Position numbers and translations under genes: made by a program
The notes under the pieces: model-generated
Database searches by the model: none
The model's input: the letters and a program-made list of their open reading frames with translations, nothing else
Told to the model about the DNA's origin: nothing
Part shown: piece by piece, positions 14,045 through 27,304 of the stretch
Position numbering within the stretch: position 1 is the first letter of the stretch
How the letters are laid out: each line of letters begins with the position of its first letter
Assembly: GCF_006345805.1 (NCBI RefSeq)
Contig: NC_042999.1
Location: 118,668,001-118,732,000 of the forward strand
Length of the DNA: 64,000 nucleotides
Origin: Octopus sinensis
Taxonomy: Eukaryota
Direction: 5' to 3'

Positions 14045-14202
14045 TGTTGTAGGGAATTAGTAATAATGGTACACCCTCCCATGTGACAAATGAAATAACC
14101 TAGTCACTATAAATAAAGAGAAGTACATGATGTACCAAAGTACATAGTAGGTGATCAGAGATAGTTGTATCATTACTGGTTTTACTTTTAAGGATTATAA
14201 CA
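14045..14202 (+). repeat. 5' LTR (158 bp)
   Basis: Direct repeat of 16683-16879 with a ~40-bp gap. Confidence 0.85.
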
Positions 14203-16682
14203 GTGGCGACGTGGATTTTATCAGCTCACAAGGAGTTAACAAACTCAAAAAAGTTTTTGTTGTGAGAATTTTATGAAAAGAAAATCGTGAAATTATGGAA
14301 AATTTGTTGGCCAGTTTGCTTGAGTTGCAAAAACAGTAGCAATAGCAGCTAAAACTGCAAGAACAACAGCTGAAGCAACAACAATACCATGACCAACAAC
14401 AACAACAATTACTACTACAGCCACAAATGCTGCAATTAACAAAGTCATTAGGAAATTCAGAAAAAGTGTTCTCGCTGACTATGTTGTGAATTCCATAATA
14501 GAGTTCAAATACGATCTTGACAAAGGAGTTACCTTTGAAGCATACTACAGAAAATATTAACAAATCTTTGAGAAAGAATGTAAAGATAGAGACGACGAGA
14601 TGAAAATGTGCTTAATCTTGAGAAAACTAATGGCAACAGAACATGAAAGATACAGTAATTATGTACGCCCAAGAAAACCTTTAGACAAACTTTAATGACA
14701 CAATAGATATATTGTGTAAAATTTTCTGTGAAAAAGGCTCATTGTTCAACACATGTTGGAAATATCTGAACATAGATAAAAACAATGAGGACTACATCAC
14801 ATATGCTGGTAGAGGAAACAGGGAATGTGAGAAGTTTAAGCTGGATGAATTAATGCCAGATATGTTCAAAGGCCTGATTTTTACACAGGGGCTTATTACT
14901 GAAAAGGATGCAGAAGTTAGAACTAGAATTCTTGCAAAGCTGGAACAAAACAAGTGTCAGAAGGATATGAAAGGATAGTCAAATTAAGACACAACATACA
15001 GGAAGCTGAATGTAAAGATTGTTTCCAAGTAAAGCAAGTGTGAAATAGTCAGAACAGAGATAAGATGTTTTCAAAAAACATGACAAAAATCAGGAAATAA
15101 ACCCATGTTTTGCATGTGGAGGTATATATCTGAGGAAGGAATTGCCCTTTTAAAAAAGTGGAGTACTTTCATTGTGGAAATATAGGACATATAAAGATAC
15201 ACTGTAGAATGAAGATCATAAAACATCAGAACAAAGGAAAAAGAATGAATAGTATATCATTGAAAGAAATTGGTATCACAACGATGAGGAAGTTTGGTGA
15301 AAATCAGAAATCCAAGTGTTAAAATGCAGTTGGACATTGGTAATAACATCACCATTATAAACGAAAAAACAGGGAAATATGTTGATAAGCCAAAATTAAT
15401 TAAATCTAAAAAGGTAGTAATGGTGTTATGGGAGAAAGATTATATTTTTTTGGGTGAATTCGTGTGTAGTGTATCATTTCGAGGTCAAACGAAAAAGGCA
15501 AAGATATATGTGTTAAAAAGTTCACATAAATTATTTGGCACAGAGTGGATGGAAGTGTTCAAAGTATAGAGTACACCCATGAATGTTTTGTGTGGAAGTA
15601 TAGTCGGTTCAATCAAAGGTTCGAATGCAGCTGAGGGACTGAAAAATTGCAGTAAAACAGAGTGGAGTACTTGTATGTAAACCAAAACAAAATTAAAAAA
15701 TGCCCAGAATACAAAGTAAACATTGTTCAAAAGTAGATGTTCCACGGTCGAGACTACACATTGATTTCACTGGTCCTTTAAACAGTTCTTACTACTTAGT
15801 GGTAGTTGATAGTTTTTAGAAATGACCTGAAAATTGTGAGGGTAAAAAATCAACCTCTTCAACAGTGATAAATTTTTTACACAAATTGTTTGCAAAATTT
15901 GGTATCCCAGACAAGATAGGGTCTGACAATGGAACACAATTTGTGTCTAGCAAATTTTAAAAATTTTGTGAAATGTTTGCAGTAGAACACTTAACTGTAG
16001 TGTCCCAACAGCCCAGATCTAGTGGACACACAGAATGCTTTGTTGATACCTTCAAAAGAACCTTTAGAAAACCGAATAAGGAAGTCACAGGTGAGGTAGC
16101 TGTACAACAATTTTTAAGAGTGCACTGTGTAATACCAAATCTAAATGCACCAGTAAGTAGATCACAAGCAAAGCTGATGTTTTCAAAGTAAGTAAAATCA
16201 GTCTTTAGTAAATTGCTACCTGGCAAGAAAAGAAAAATTACCAGGGAAGACATAGCAAGACACTTTAAAGTTGGTGGAAAGGTGTATATGAGGGCATACA
16301 AGAATGGAAAGCAGAGTTGGAAGATGGCTTAATTACCAAATGCATATGTAAAATGATGTATTGGGTAAAAAGTAGAAAAGGCATATATAAGAGACACATG
16401 AACAAACTGAAAAAAAGATTTATGGAGAGTGAACCCAAGAGGTTGGAGGAACTGATGGAATGGTTGTATAATATGTTCCAAGTACCAATGCCACTGCAGG
16501 TGATTGAACCTAAGCATAGAAGTGAGTGGAAAAGAAAACATAGAGTTCCTGAAAATAGATGCCAAGTGCAAAACATGTTAAATTGTATGGAAAAAAATAG
16601 TCAAAGAAGGGAGGTGGGTAGGAATAAAAAAGATTATTGCTAAATAAAATGACACTTCCTAAGAAAAACTTAAACGGGGAGA

Positions 16683-16879
16683 TGTTATAGCTAATTAATA
16701 ATGGCACACCCTCCCATGTGACAAATGGCATAACCTAGTCACTATAAGTAAAGAGAAATATGTGAAATACCAGAGTATGTAGTAAGCAGTTAGAGATAGT
16801 CATGTCTTTACTGTTTTACTAAGTATACTGTATACTAAGGTGGGTGCTATGTCAATCTATCATTTTAAGGATTATAACA
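16683..16879 (+). repeat. 3' LTR (197 bp)
   Basis: TGTTATAG...TTAAGGATTATAACA; shares CACCCTCCCATGTGACAAATG with the 5' LTR. Confidence 0.85.
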
Positions 16880-17232
16880 TATTTAAATGAGCAAAACTAA
16901 TATATATAGATGTTAATATTCATCAATAATATAAACTCATAAATAAAAATATGTGCAATATGTCTGTGCGTATTGTGTGTGTTTTGTATGAGTGGTGAGA
17001 GTGTTGTGTGGATATATATATATATATATATATAGATAGATAGATAGATAGATATGAGTGTGTGCATGTAAAATCAAGTATATTCATGCACTTCAAAATA
17101 ATGTAAAATTCTTTGGACCAAAGTAGTATGTGTGTGTGTGTGTGTGTGTGTGTAAGTTTGTATTTGTGTGTGCAAGTATTCTTATTTTGTAAGTTTGTTG
17201 ACCCCATACATTAATGACTTTGTTATCTGGAT

Positions 17233-17450
17233 AGGCGGTGAGCTGGCAGAAACGTTAGCATGCTGGGCGAAATGCGTAGCTGTATTTTGTCTGCCGTTAC
17301 GTTCTGAGTTCAAATTCCGCCGAGGTCGACTTTGTCTTTCATCCTTTTGGGGTCGATAAATTAAGTACCAGTTATGCACTGGGGTCGATGTAATCGACTT
17401 AATCCGTTTGTCCCCTCTGTGTTTAGCCCCTTGTGGGTAGTAAAGAAATA
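17233..17450 (+). mobile_element. SINE family C, full length
   Basis: tRNA-like head; 13-bp direct repeat TATCTGGATAGGC at 17224-17236 and 17451-17463. Confidence 0.85.
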
Positions 17451-19227
17451 TATCTGGATAGGCATTAAGAAAATCTAGACTGCAAAAGAAAGTCTGTTTA
17501 AATTTAATTATTTACTAATGAAGCTGACATATATTTATTTTCAAAATAAATGGAAAGAGTCAGAGTTGTAGTAACATGCTATCTTATGCAACAATCAACC
17601 TGCTTGTATGGATTGAACTTACAAGGTCTTAACAGCTCAGCTGTCAACAACTATTAATATGAAACAATAAAATAAACAGATTGCCCACTCTTTTAAATGA
17701 ATTAAATTTTGGTATGTTCTTTGCATTTTTGCTTTACATTTCCCAATACATAGGCATTTTCTGACTATAAGATGTTTTAAAAACTTTTTTATTCATATGA
17801 ATTATATTCTTATTTATTCTGGATTACCTTGTTTCATTTGATGGCTAGTTGTATCTTGAAGCATCCTAAACTCATATATCCTTCGATGTTTATATCTTAT
17901 CATGCAGTGATAATTATAATAAACATCAGTATGTCTATTCTAGACTGCAAAGATAATGCTTTTAGGTAACATTCCGTTTAAATTGCCTTTCAATAATTCA
18001 GTGAAATAGCTATCATCATGCAAACAAGTTAGATATACATCACTGATAATAAACTGAATTTAACAATTCAGGACACTGGGCAAATATAACAATGAAATGC
18101 TCTTAAGCTTCTTGAGGGGAACTAATGTAATTTGTTCAATAAGACAAGTAATAATATCATCTCGGTTTATAATGTTAAAAATCACTAGCTTACTTTCTTT
18201 TGTAAAAGTTCACCAATATTTGCAATATTCTTCACTGAGGTCATTTTAATTCACCAAACTATATAATACTATTTTGCAATGGCAATTTCCAAGAACAGTA
18301 AATAAAGTATAGTATAACAGTACATTCTTCACTTAGTAGTCATAAAATAAGATTTTATTTCATTTGATTGATCAGGTAAGGTAGTTTTTGTAATTTAATT
18401 ATCAATTAGCATATCAAACTCTTGACTTTTGTATTGCTTATTCTCATCTATTACAATGAGCTATTTCATCTGAAAAGTGCACAATTTATTAAATTCTACA
18501 ATAGATTTCTATAGCTTTTACAAAATTTCTCCCCTATTTTTGCAACATTTATGATAATCTATAATTTTCACTCTATAACATTGCAAATATATTACTTCAA
18601 GCATTGTCCATAACAGTACTGACATATTGATTGGTATTAATTCAGTTTGGAGATCAACAAATTCAATAATATTTTAGATACACTTCAGCTACTCTTAAAG
18701 TTTTCCACTTATTGTACTATTATTTCAAAGATAACTGTAATATTGATACAGAGACATAGTATGCTGAATACTAGAATTGTGTAAACTTCAGCAGTCTTTG
18801 ACAAATGTAATTTTTTAATGGTACTATGTATCCATAAATAGAGCAGAAACTGAAATAAATAGAAATAGTTGAAAAGTATATTGGTTGCACACTTTTAATA
18901 TACATCTGTACTATTATATAGGTAAACAGATAAAATAAAGGGGTATGTCTTGTTTTTATGTTGAAAAAAAATCTAATGTCTCATCTTTGCATTAATTCCA
19001 AGTATATGAATGCTACATCTACTATGAGTACAAAGTAAACCTTTTAATATCCTTTGATCTAACTGGGATAAAAATAAAGGCACAGAGTTTCTAGCAAATA
19101 CTTTTTTTAATATTGAGCTTATCAATGTTTGATATTTTCATACAAATTCATGTGTCAGCTTTGTGGTGGGATGTCAAGTGACTGGTGTATTTGCAATACT
19201 GCTGTATACTAACTATAATTGCATCTG

Positions 19228-19600
19228 TTTTACTCTTTTACTTGTTTCAATCATTTGACTGCAGCCATACTGGAGCACCGCCTTTAGTCAAGCAAATCGA
19301 CTGCAGGACTTATTCTTTGTAAGCCCAGTACTTATTCTATCGGTCTCTTATGCCAAACCGCTAAGTTACAGGGATGTAAACACACCAGCATCGGTTGTCT
19401 AGAGATGTTGGGGTGACAAACACAGATGCACATACTTATATATATAAATATATATATTATCCAAATATATATAACCACATGGCTCCGGATTCAGACCCAC
19501 TGAATGGCACCTTGGGCAAGTGTTTTCTACTATAGCCTCAGGCCGACCAAAGCCATGTGGGTGGATTTGGTAGATGGAAACTGAAAGAAGCCCATTGTAC

Positions 19601-19656
<56 letters not shown>

Positions 19657-19869
19657 GTACATAGTAATATATATATATATAATATATATATATATATATA
19701 AATGTACAATGGGCTTCTTTCAGTTTCCATCAACCAAATCCACCCACAAGGCTTTGGTCGGCCTGAGGCTATAGTAGAAAACACTTGCCCAAGGTGCCAT
19801 TCAGTGGGTCTGAACCCGGAACCATGTGGTTGGTAAGCAAGCTACTTACATCACAGCCACTCCTGAGCC
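19228..19869 (-). mobile_element. SINE family A with internal inverted duplication of its head
   Basis: Head GGAGTGGCTGTG..GTAAGTAGC at 19869 downward, tail GAAACAAGTAAAAGAG; 19473-19605 is the inverse of 19699-19831. Confidence 0.85.
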
Positions 19870-20169
19870 TATGTCTAGAAAGTTAGAGGAAGTTATGAAG
19901 AATCTTCATTTGATAGTAATATTTGCTGGCTTATATATAGGGCCTCTGTCAGTCAATTCACACATAAAGTTACCTACACACACAGGCATACACATATATG
20001 CAGATGCACCCAAATACACATACACATATACACTCATAAACAAATACCCCACCTCTAGCATTATGCCATATAGCAACCAAACATCTCAAGTTACTACTAT
20101 ATACCAGCACATACACATCACTCGGACTCTGAAAGACAATTGCATATGGACACATATATGTTTGCTTTC

Positions 20170-20750
20170 ATGAATACAATGATAGATTATCCAAATAGTT
20201 TATGTTGGTCAATAAAGACTGCATGTTTGTAGGTGTACTTTGTTCACGGTCATGCATTTTGGAGGAAGGTATAGTGTGGCATGTATCTAAGAACGTTGCT
20301 CTAGGCATCATATATCCTTGACCTGCCATGTTCAAGCCAGTTGATGCACAAAGTAATCCCTTGTCATGCACCATATTGCATATAATAGAAGCACTTTAAT
20401 CAAGTATTCCACACAATATTGTTGATATAAACGAACTTGGAGTATCTATACTGGCAGATAGGTTGTTACAATGTCAATTTGAATGTCAGAAGTGAAGTAG
20501 CATATCTCATTGTAATTTATGTATTTTCTGATTCAGTAATTTTAGAATGCTTGGCTTTCTTGTGTGTACAATTTATAAATGTAATGGAGGCTCTTGTTGG
20601 GTTTATAGTATGGATAAGTGTAATTTCAAAACTTTAATCTAATTGAAACCTAATCTAAAAAGTTAGCCCAATTGCTGCTCTCATTGAAAGAGATTTAGTG
20701 ATTGAAGTTCCTGAAGAAAATGTAATGAGTAAGAATGTTCAACTATGGCA
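20170..20750 (-). mobile_element. Possible CR1/L2-type LINE 3' remnant
   Basis: Decayed NNIVWN and FLDTCHTIP..QSLL motifs resemble CR1/L2 C-termini; weak. Confidence 0.35.
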
Positions 20751-21249
20751 GTTGAACATCAAAATTACCAGGTCAGAAACCTCCTTAGAGTACAAATAAT
20801 AGAGAATGATAAAATAATTACAAGATTGAAATAAATCCTAGGATTGACTGGACAAGATTTAGTAAACTCTTGAAGTCAGAACTACATTATGGCTGTAGTC
20901 CAATGACTGAAACCTACAAAAGAATAAAAGAATAGTAAAAGTTTATCAGAATTCATTATTATAGTTTCAGAGGTAATAATTTCAGCAGAGTTGTTAAAGC
21001 TTTGAAAAGAATACTTCATGGTATTCATTCTTAATTTCTACTTTCGTCCTTTGTTGGGGAACATCAATAAAATACACTAACAGACCAGAATGATGGATTG
21101 ATGGCATTGATAGAGTGTCAGACAAGATGTCTTGTTTGTAGTATTGTTTTGACACTACTTTCAGAGTTCAAGTTTTGCTGGTGACTAGGTCTAAGAACTT
21201 GACCACAACAGCACACAATCATGATCATGATGATCATGATGATAATGAT

Positions 21250-21640
21250 CATCATCATCATCATTTAACATCCGTTTTTCCTGCCGGCATGAGTTGGATA
21301 GTTTATTCAGTGTTGGCAAGCCAGAGAGCTGCACTAGGAATCTAACTGATTTGGTCTGGTTTCCATGGCTGGATGCCCTTCCTAATGCCAACCACTTTAC
21401 AGAGTGTGCTGAGTGTTTTTAACATGACACCATGCAAGCAATGCATGTGACACCAGCACAAATGCATTTTATGTGGAACCAGCACAAGCGCATTTTATGT
21501 GGCACCAGCATGAGTGCATTTTATGTGGCACCAGCACTGAACTCTTGCAGGTCAATCCTCTTCACCAAGTAGATGTGGCCTTCCAACCTGTAATTGGTCT
21601 GCAAGGATAGGTAGGTCTACATCCAGCATGAAAATAGTCA
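21250..21640 (-). mobile_element. Family D repeat with 24-bp internal tandem units
   Basis: CATCATCATTTAACATCCGTTTT tail; about four GCATTTTATGTGGCACCAGCA-type units at 21420-21540. Confidence 0.65.
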
Positions 21641-21959
21641 GCAATGACTTTCTGCACAAAAAATACCTACAAGTAGATTGTTAATGGATGTGTGGAGTAG
21701 AAACTACAATAACTTCATATAGGAAAATACTTGCTGCTCAAGTAAACATCTGACTTATTGAAATTATTCTTTAATTTTTACTTTCTTTTTCTAAGTCATT
21801 ATTTTCTCAAATGTTACCATCTCTAAATGGCAAACTCTATTAGAATCTCTAAATGGTGAACTCTTTGAGTGCTTTAATGGCATTTTAACTGAATTCTTTC
21901 TGATGGTTATGTTTACTGCCTTTTGCTGCAACAATTATTTTTTTCTGGTTGCTACTCCT

Positions 21960-21987
21960 GCTGTTATTGCTGCTGCTGCTGCTGCTG

Positions 21988-22032
<45 letters not shown>
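21960..22032. repeat. (GCT)n/(CTA)n trinucleotide microsatellite
   Basis: Seen directly. Confidence 0.95.
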
Positions 22033-22839
22033 AGACAACGAAGTATATAGTGTATTCCATAAATATTGGGAACAGGTGAATAATTTGTGATCATGCTGTG
22101 TTTAAGCTATTAGTAGATTTGACCAATTCTCCTTTTCTTGAGAGAAGAACTTAATGGTCCCTAGTCTAGACTTAATACAGTATCTGTAATAAGAACTGTC
22201 TACTAATAAAACATTCGTTATTATATGTACCATTAGATCCTGGGGTTAAACCATCATTTATTCACAGTGAAAATTAATATGTATTTACTAAATATACGTG
22301 GTTGTTACTCTCTTTAAAAGTTTAATCTCAAATACTCTGTGTTGGTGTGAAAATTAATCTAATTTATGTATGTATTTATATATGTATGTTTATACAGGTG
22401 TTACTCTCTCTCTGTTTGTGTTTGTGTATGTATTACTCTTTTACTTGTTTCAGTCATTTGAGCACTGCCTTTAGTCAAGCAAATCGACCCCAAAATGAAG
22501 TGCATAGTCTATTAAAAGTAAATTGTTTAGTGACATAATTATACAATACAAAAGATTTATCATATGCAGGAAAGAAATTAAACATAAAGATGTATATGGA
22601 AACTGAGATAAAATATGCATTAAAAAATAATGCAAAAATAAATAAATTTTATTTTAAATTCAGATGATAAAAGAAAATAACTGATTCTAAGTGATGCAGT
22701 ATAAATACAAACTCTGAATAGAAATAAACATAAGGATAAGAAAACAATCACAAACTAAAAATTATGTTAATAAAATTTTTTAAACAATTTCCACATAGAA
22801 TTAATTAGTAGAAATAAATGAAAGGGACAAAGAGAGAAT

Positions 22840-22888
<49 letters not shown>

Positions 22889-23137
22889 AAGAGAGGAGCA
22901 AGAGACTAGATCACAAATTAAGACAAATAATTATATTCATAATTTGTGTGGTATGTGTGTATGTGTGTTTTGAAGCAATTAGCTTAATTATTAATAATTT
23001 GTGTAGAGCAATTGTTAAGTTTATATTCACATGGAAAGTAAATTTTTATCAGAGAAAAATATATTTTCCAAGCAATTATTATAGAAAAAAAGGTGAGATC
23101 ACAATGTTGCATTCAATATATATTGAATGCAATGTAT

Positions 23138-23345
23138 TAAGGTCGCGAGCTGGCAGAAAGATTAGCAAGCTTAGCAGTATTTCGTCTGTCTTTACGTTCC
23201 AAGTTCAAATTCCACCGAGGTTGACTATGCTTTTCATCCTTTCAGGGTCGATAAATTAAGTACCAGTTGCATACTGGGGTCGATCTAATCGACAGCCCCC
23301 TTCCCTCAAAATTTCGGGCCTTGTGCCTAGAGTACAAAAGAATAT
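23138..23345 (+). mobile_element. SINE family C
   Basis: GAGCTGGCAGAA head and GGGTCGATAAATTAAGTACCAGTT core as at 17233. Confidence 0.8.
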
Positions 23346-23840
23346 ATATTTCTCCTAATATTGAATGCAGTATATATTACATCTGATATGAGGACATTTA
23401 TCATTATTTTTACATTTATTTTCTCCAAGTTGGTAAGAGGCTGCACAAATATTTTGAGGCAGTATTCTATGACTGGATGTCCTTTCTGCAGCTAATCTTT
23501 ACTTGTTTTTTTTTTAATTAAGGACATTATACAAGGGTGGGTGGAAAGTCATGCACAAAATAAGTTCAATACACTATAGAATTGCTAAAGACCTACTCTA
23601 ATTTCCACATGTGTTCTTTCTGTCCTACCCTTGATTAATATATATATATATATTTAAATAGGTGAATGAATTATCCTATGTTTATCGTCAGCATGGAAAA
23701 TTCATTTAACCGAAACCTGGGTAGCAAATTCACATCAGAAATATGGTTGAAGTGACCTGTCCAAGGGTAGAAACTCCGGGTTCATGTGTTGTATATGAAT
23801 AAATGAAAGAATGGAGTCGAATGAAGATGTTAACAAAATT

Positions 23841-23933
23841 CCTTTACTCTCGACATATGTTTCAAAGACAACATGGTTTCATTCCAAAGGAATAAAGGGT
23901 GCATTATGCAATCTTCTCATCAGGAAAGAAAGG
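23841..23933 (-). ncRNA. Type I hammerhead ribozyme motif (mirror copy)
   Basis: Minus strand reads CCTTTCTTTC-CUGAUGA-stem II-GAAA-CAUAUG-UC-GAGAG(U)AAAGG. Confidence 0.7.
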
Positions 23934-24081
23934 GAGCCTCTCTCTTTAACCCTTCTCTTCCTACTATCTATCTTTGACGTCAATTCTTCTAATGGTTTTT
24001 TTAAAAAACACTCATTATCGTTTTGTTTACCATGTAGGCAGTCATCGAAATTTTTGTTTGTCTTGTTGTTGAGAGAGGCTC

Positions 24082-24174
24082 CCTTTCTTTCCTGATGAGA
24101 AGATTGCATAATGCACCCTTTATTCCTTTTGAATGAAACCATGTTGTCTTTGAAACATATGTCGAGAGTAAAGG
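24082..24174 (+). ncRNA. Type I hammerhead ribozyme motif, long stem II
   Basis: Stem I CCTTTCTTTC/GAGAG-T-AAAGG; CTGATGA 24092-98; stem II GAAGATTGCAT/ATGTTGTCTTT; GAAA 24152-55; palindromic CATATG; GUC, cleavage predicted after 24163. Confidence 0.72.
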
Positions 24175-25235
24175 AATTTTGTTAACATCTTCGTTCGATT
24201 CCATTCTTTGATTTATTATATATATATATATATATGTATAATTAAATAAGGGTAGAAATTGATATTAATCAATTAAAACCAGTGGCCTAGCATATTTTAA
24301 AAATATCTGAAGATTAAAAATTTTTATACATACAAAATTTAGAGGAAAGACCTTATTTTTACACTTTGGTTTTTTGCGGAATTTTTTCTTGAGAACACAT
24401 TCTTCGTGGTAAATGTGAGTTTGACGTCTATTTCTAGCATACAGGCTGTCCACTATTAGTGGTCATTCCTCTAAATTTTGTATATATATATATGTATGTA
24501 TGTATGTATGTATCTGTGTATGTATGTATATGTGTGTGTTTGTGTGTGTTTGTGTGTATGTGTGTGTGTATGTATAAGATGGAAAGATGGATGTGGAAAT
24601 TGAACAGAAGTTCAAGACATTTCAATTTAAGAAGGAATTTAATAAAAATGATTTTAAAATTTATATAAAGAAAATATTACTGGTTCCGATGAATCTCATT
24701 TTATGAAATATCAGTGAAAATTTATATATTTATATATTTGTATGCATGTATGTATGTAAGTATGTATGTTTATGTGTGAGAGTGTGAATGTGTGTATATT
24801 TGTTTCCATGTCTTGACATCACATTATTCTTGTAAATGAGCATCACTATCATCTATAAAGTGTCATTCATTTCAAATATTCTACAAGAAAATGTCTGGCC
24901 AAGGGAAAATAGTATGTTGTTCAAAAACATATAACATTTGATGATAAGAAGACAATCTAGTCAAATCTGCTTCAATGAACTCTGTCTGATCCATGCGAAC
25001 ATGGAAAAGTGTATGTTAAAATTAAGATGGTAGAATAAAGATTCACACACATTTATAACAGTTCTCTGTGTGTGTGTGTGCGTGCATGCACATGCATGTG
25101 ATGTATATGTGTGTGTGTGTGCATGTGTGCGTGTGTGTGTGTGTATAAGAGTTAAGTTAGTGTAAATAAAAAGAACACCAAACAGAGAAATCTGTGGGAA
25201 GAGGATAAACCTGGTTAACATAACAAAAGTAACAT

Positions 25236-25640
25236 AGGTGCAGGAGTGGGTGTATGGTAAGTAGCTTGCTTACGAACCACATGGTTCCGGGTTCAGTCCC
25301 ACTGTGTGGCATCTTGGGCTAGTGTATTCCACTATAACATCGGGCTGACCAAAGCCTTGTGAGTAGATTTGGTAGACAGAAATTGAAAGAAGCCTGTTGT
25401 ATAAATGTATATATAAATGTGTGTGTGTTTGTATGTTTGTGTGTCTGTGTTTGTTCTCCCCACTCCCGACATTATTTGACAACCGATGCTGGTGTGTTTA
25501 TGTCCCCATAACTTAATGGTTCGGCAAAAGAGATCGATAGAATAAGTACTAGGCTTACAAGTCCTGGGGTCGATTTGCTTGACTAAAAGGCGGTGCTCTA
25601 GCATGGCCACAATCAAATGATTGACACAAGTAAAAGAGTA
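25236..25640 (+). mobile_element. SINE family A, full length
   Basis: tRNA head, internal (TG)n/(TA)n, tail CAAGTAAAAGAG. Confidence 0.85.
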
Positions 25641-26505
25641 CACAAAGACTGAAAATGAAAAATTGAAAACAAAATAGAAACAATGGTACAAAAGTTTCGG
25701 TTAAAAAGCAACACAGGAATCAAAAGAAACCATTTTATCTTTGAGTAGTGTACTTAATATATAATAGTGGAAGTAACAGCTGAAGGTCACTACAGCAATA
25801 TGCTACATCCCATAACAAATAAAAATTTGACTGAGCAAGCCATTGGTTTGCAACTCAGAGCTTGGTCATTAACCCTGTAATGCTTCTGACTACTTAACAC
25901 AAATTGCTTGCATAATCCAGGTTCCTGGAACTCTTGATGTCAATCTTTGGCTTTGTTGTAGGTATGGTTCTTCATGCAATATATATGTGAATAATTACTT
26001 CTCCAAAAGAAATTATATACACATTTCTATAAAATATATATGTGCATATATATATCTCTATCTATTTATCTATCTGTCTATTTTCTCTCTCTCCCTTCAT
26101 AAATATATATAAATATATGTGCCTTTATATATATACATACATATATATGTGTGTGTGTGTGTGTGTGTATGTTTTATTATGTGTGTCTGTGAATATGTAT
26201 ATGTGTATGTGTGTATGTTATATATATATATATGTAGCAAGTGTGTGCATGTGTGTGTGTGATACAAATGTCTTGGTGTTAAAGATATCACATATGCTTC
26301 AAACACAAACATGAATGAATGAATGTTTGTTGCATGAAAATAAATGACACGAGAACAAAAAATTATGTAATGAACTTCATCAGCTAACGGCTGTTACCTG
26401 TTTCTGCTATAAAATACAATGCACTCATAAGTGACAGGTTGACTTTCATCTTATAGCTTCATTGGAGTTTCAAAAATGAAGTGCAATTTTATTTGGGAAG
26501 GCATT

Positions 26506-26555
<50 letters not shown>

Positions 26556-26877
26556 CATATATATATGTGTGTATATATGTTTGTATGTTAAGAGAGAGAG
26601 AGAGAGAAAAAATCACTGTCGCAAAAGTCTTACTTTGTATATATATATATTTCATCCTTTCAGGTTCGATTAGATAAGTACCAGTTACGCACAGGGGTTG
26701 ATGTAATCGACTTAATCTTTTTGTCTGCCCTTGTTTGTTCCTTCTATGTTTAGCCCCTTGTGAGCAATAAAGAATTTATATATATATATATAAATACAGT
26801 GTACATTAAAACAGTGTACATTAAGAGGCTTCCATCATAAGAATCCTTCACACTAGAAAGAACAGTTAAAGTTATAC

Positions 26878-27288
26878 TCTTTACTCTTACTCTTTTACTC
26901 TTTTACTTGTTTCAGTAATTTGACTGTGGCCATGCTGGAGCACCACCTTTAATCAAGCAAGTCGACCCCAGGACTTATTCTTTTTGTAAGCCCAGTACTT
27001 ATTCTATCGGTCTCTTTTGCCGAACCGCTAAGTAACAGGGACATAAACACACCAGCATCGGTTGTCAAACAATGCTAGGAGGACAAACACAAACACACAC
27101 ACACATATATATATATACATACATACGACGGGCTTCTTTCAGTTTCCGTCTACCAAATCCACTCACAAGGCATTGGTCGGCCCGAGGCTATAGTAGAAGA
27201 CACTTACCCAAGGTGCCACGCAGTGGGATTGAACCCGGAACCATGTGGTTGGTAGACAAGCTACTTACCACACAGCCACTCCTGCACC
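26878..27288 (-). mobile_element. SINE family A (first of tandem pair)
   Basis: Reverse complement of 25236-25640. Confidence 0.85.
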
Positions 27289-27304
27289 ATATATATACTC
27301 TTTC

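Larger units (their letters stand above)
14045..16879 (+). mobile_element. Ty3/gypsy (Mag-like) LTR retrotransposon lacking RT/RNase H
   Basis: TG...CA LTRs; PBS TGGCGACGTGG at 14204; purine tract AAACGGGGAGA before the 3' LTR; 5-bp flanks TATGT/TATTT; gag with CCHC remnants, protease LDIG, integrase LHIDFTGP and SDNGTQF. Confidence 0.9.
23798..24217. mobile_element. Foldback element with 147-bp inverted arms, each carrying a hammerhead (Penelope-like termini?)
   Basis: Arms 23798-23944 and 24071-24217 differ at 4 positions; 126-bp spacer; the identical N-termini of ORFs 23811+ and 24204- reflect the inversion. Confidence 0.85.

Noticed and set aside
14195-14563. Cys-rich minus-strand ORF resembling a metallothionein
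   Set aside because: Antisense of the CAA/CAG poly-Q stretch of the gypsy gag.
21420-21540. Regularly spaced 24-bp repeats suggestive of a CRISPR array
   Set aside because: Contiguous tandem units without unique spacers, inside a eukaryotic retro-repeat.
23811-24204. Two ORFs with identical N-termini (MESNEDVNK...)
   Set aside because: By-product of the 147-bp inverted repeat; no recognisable protein motif.
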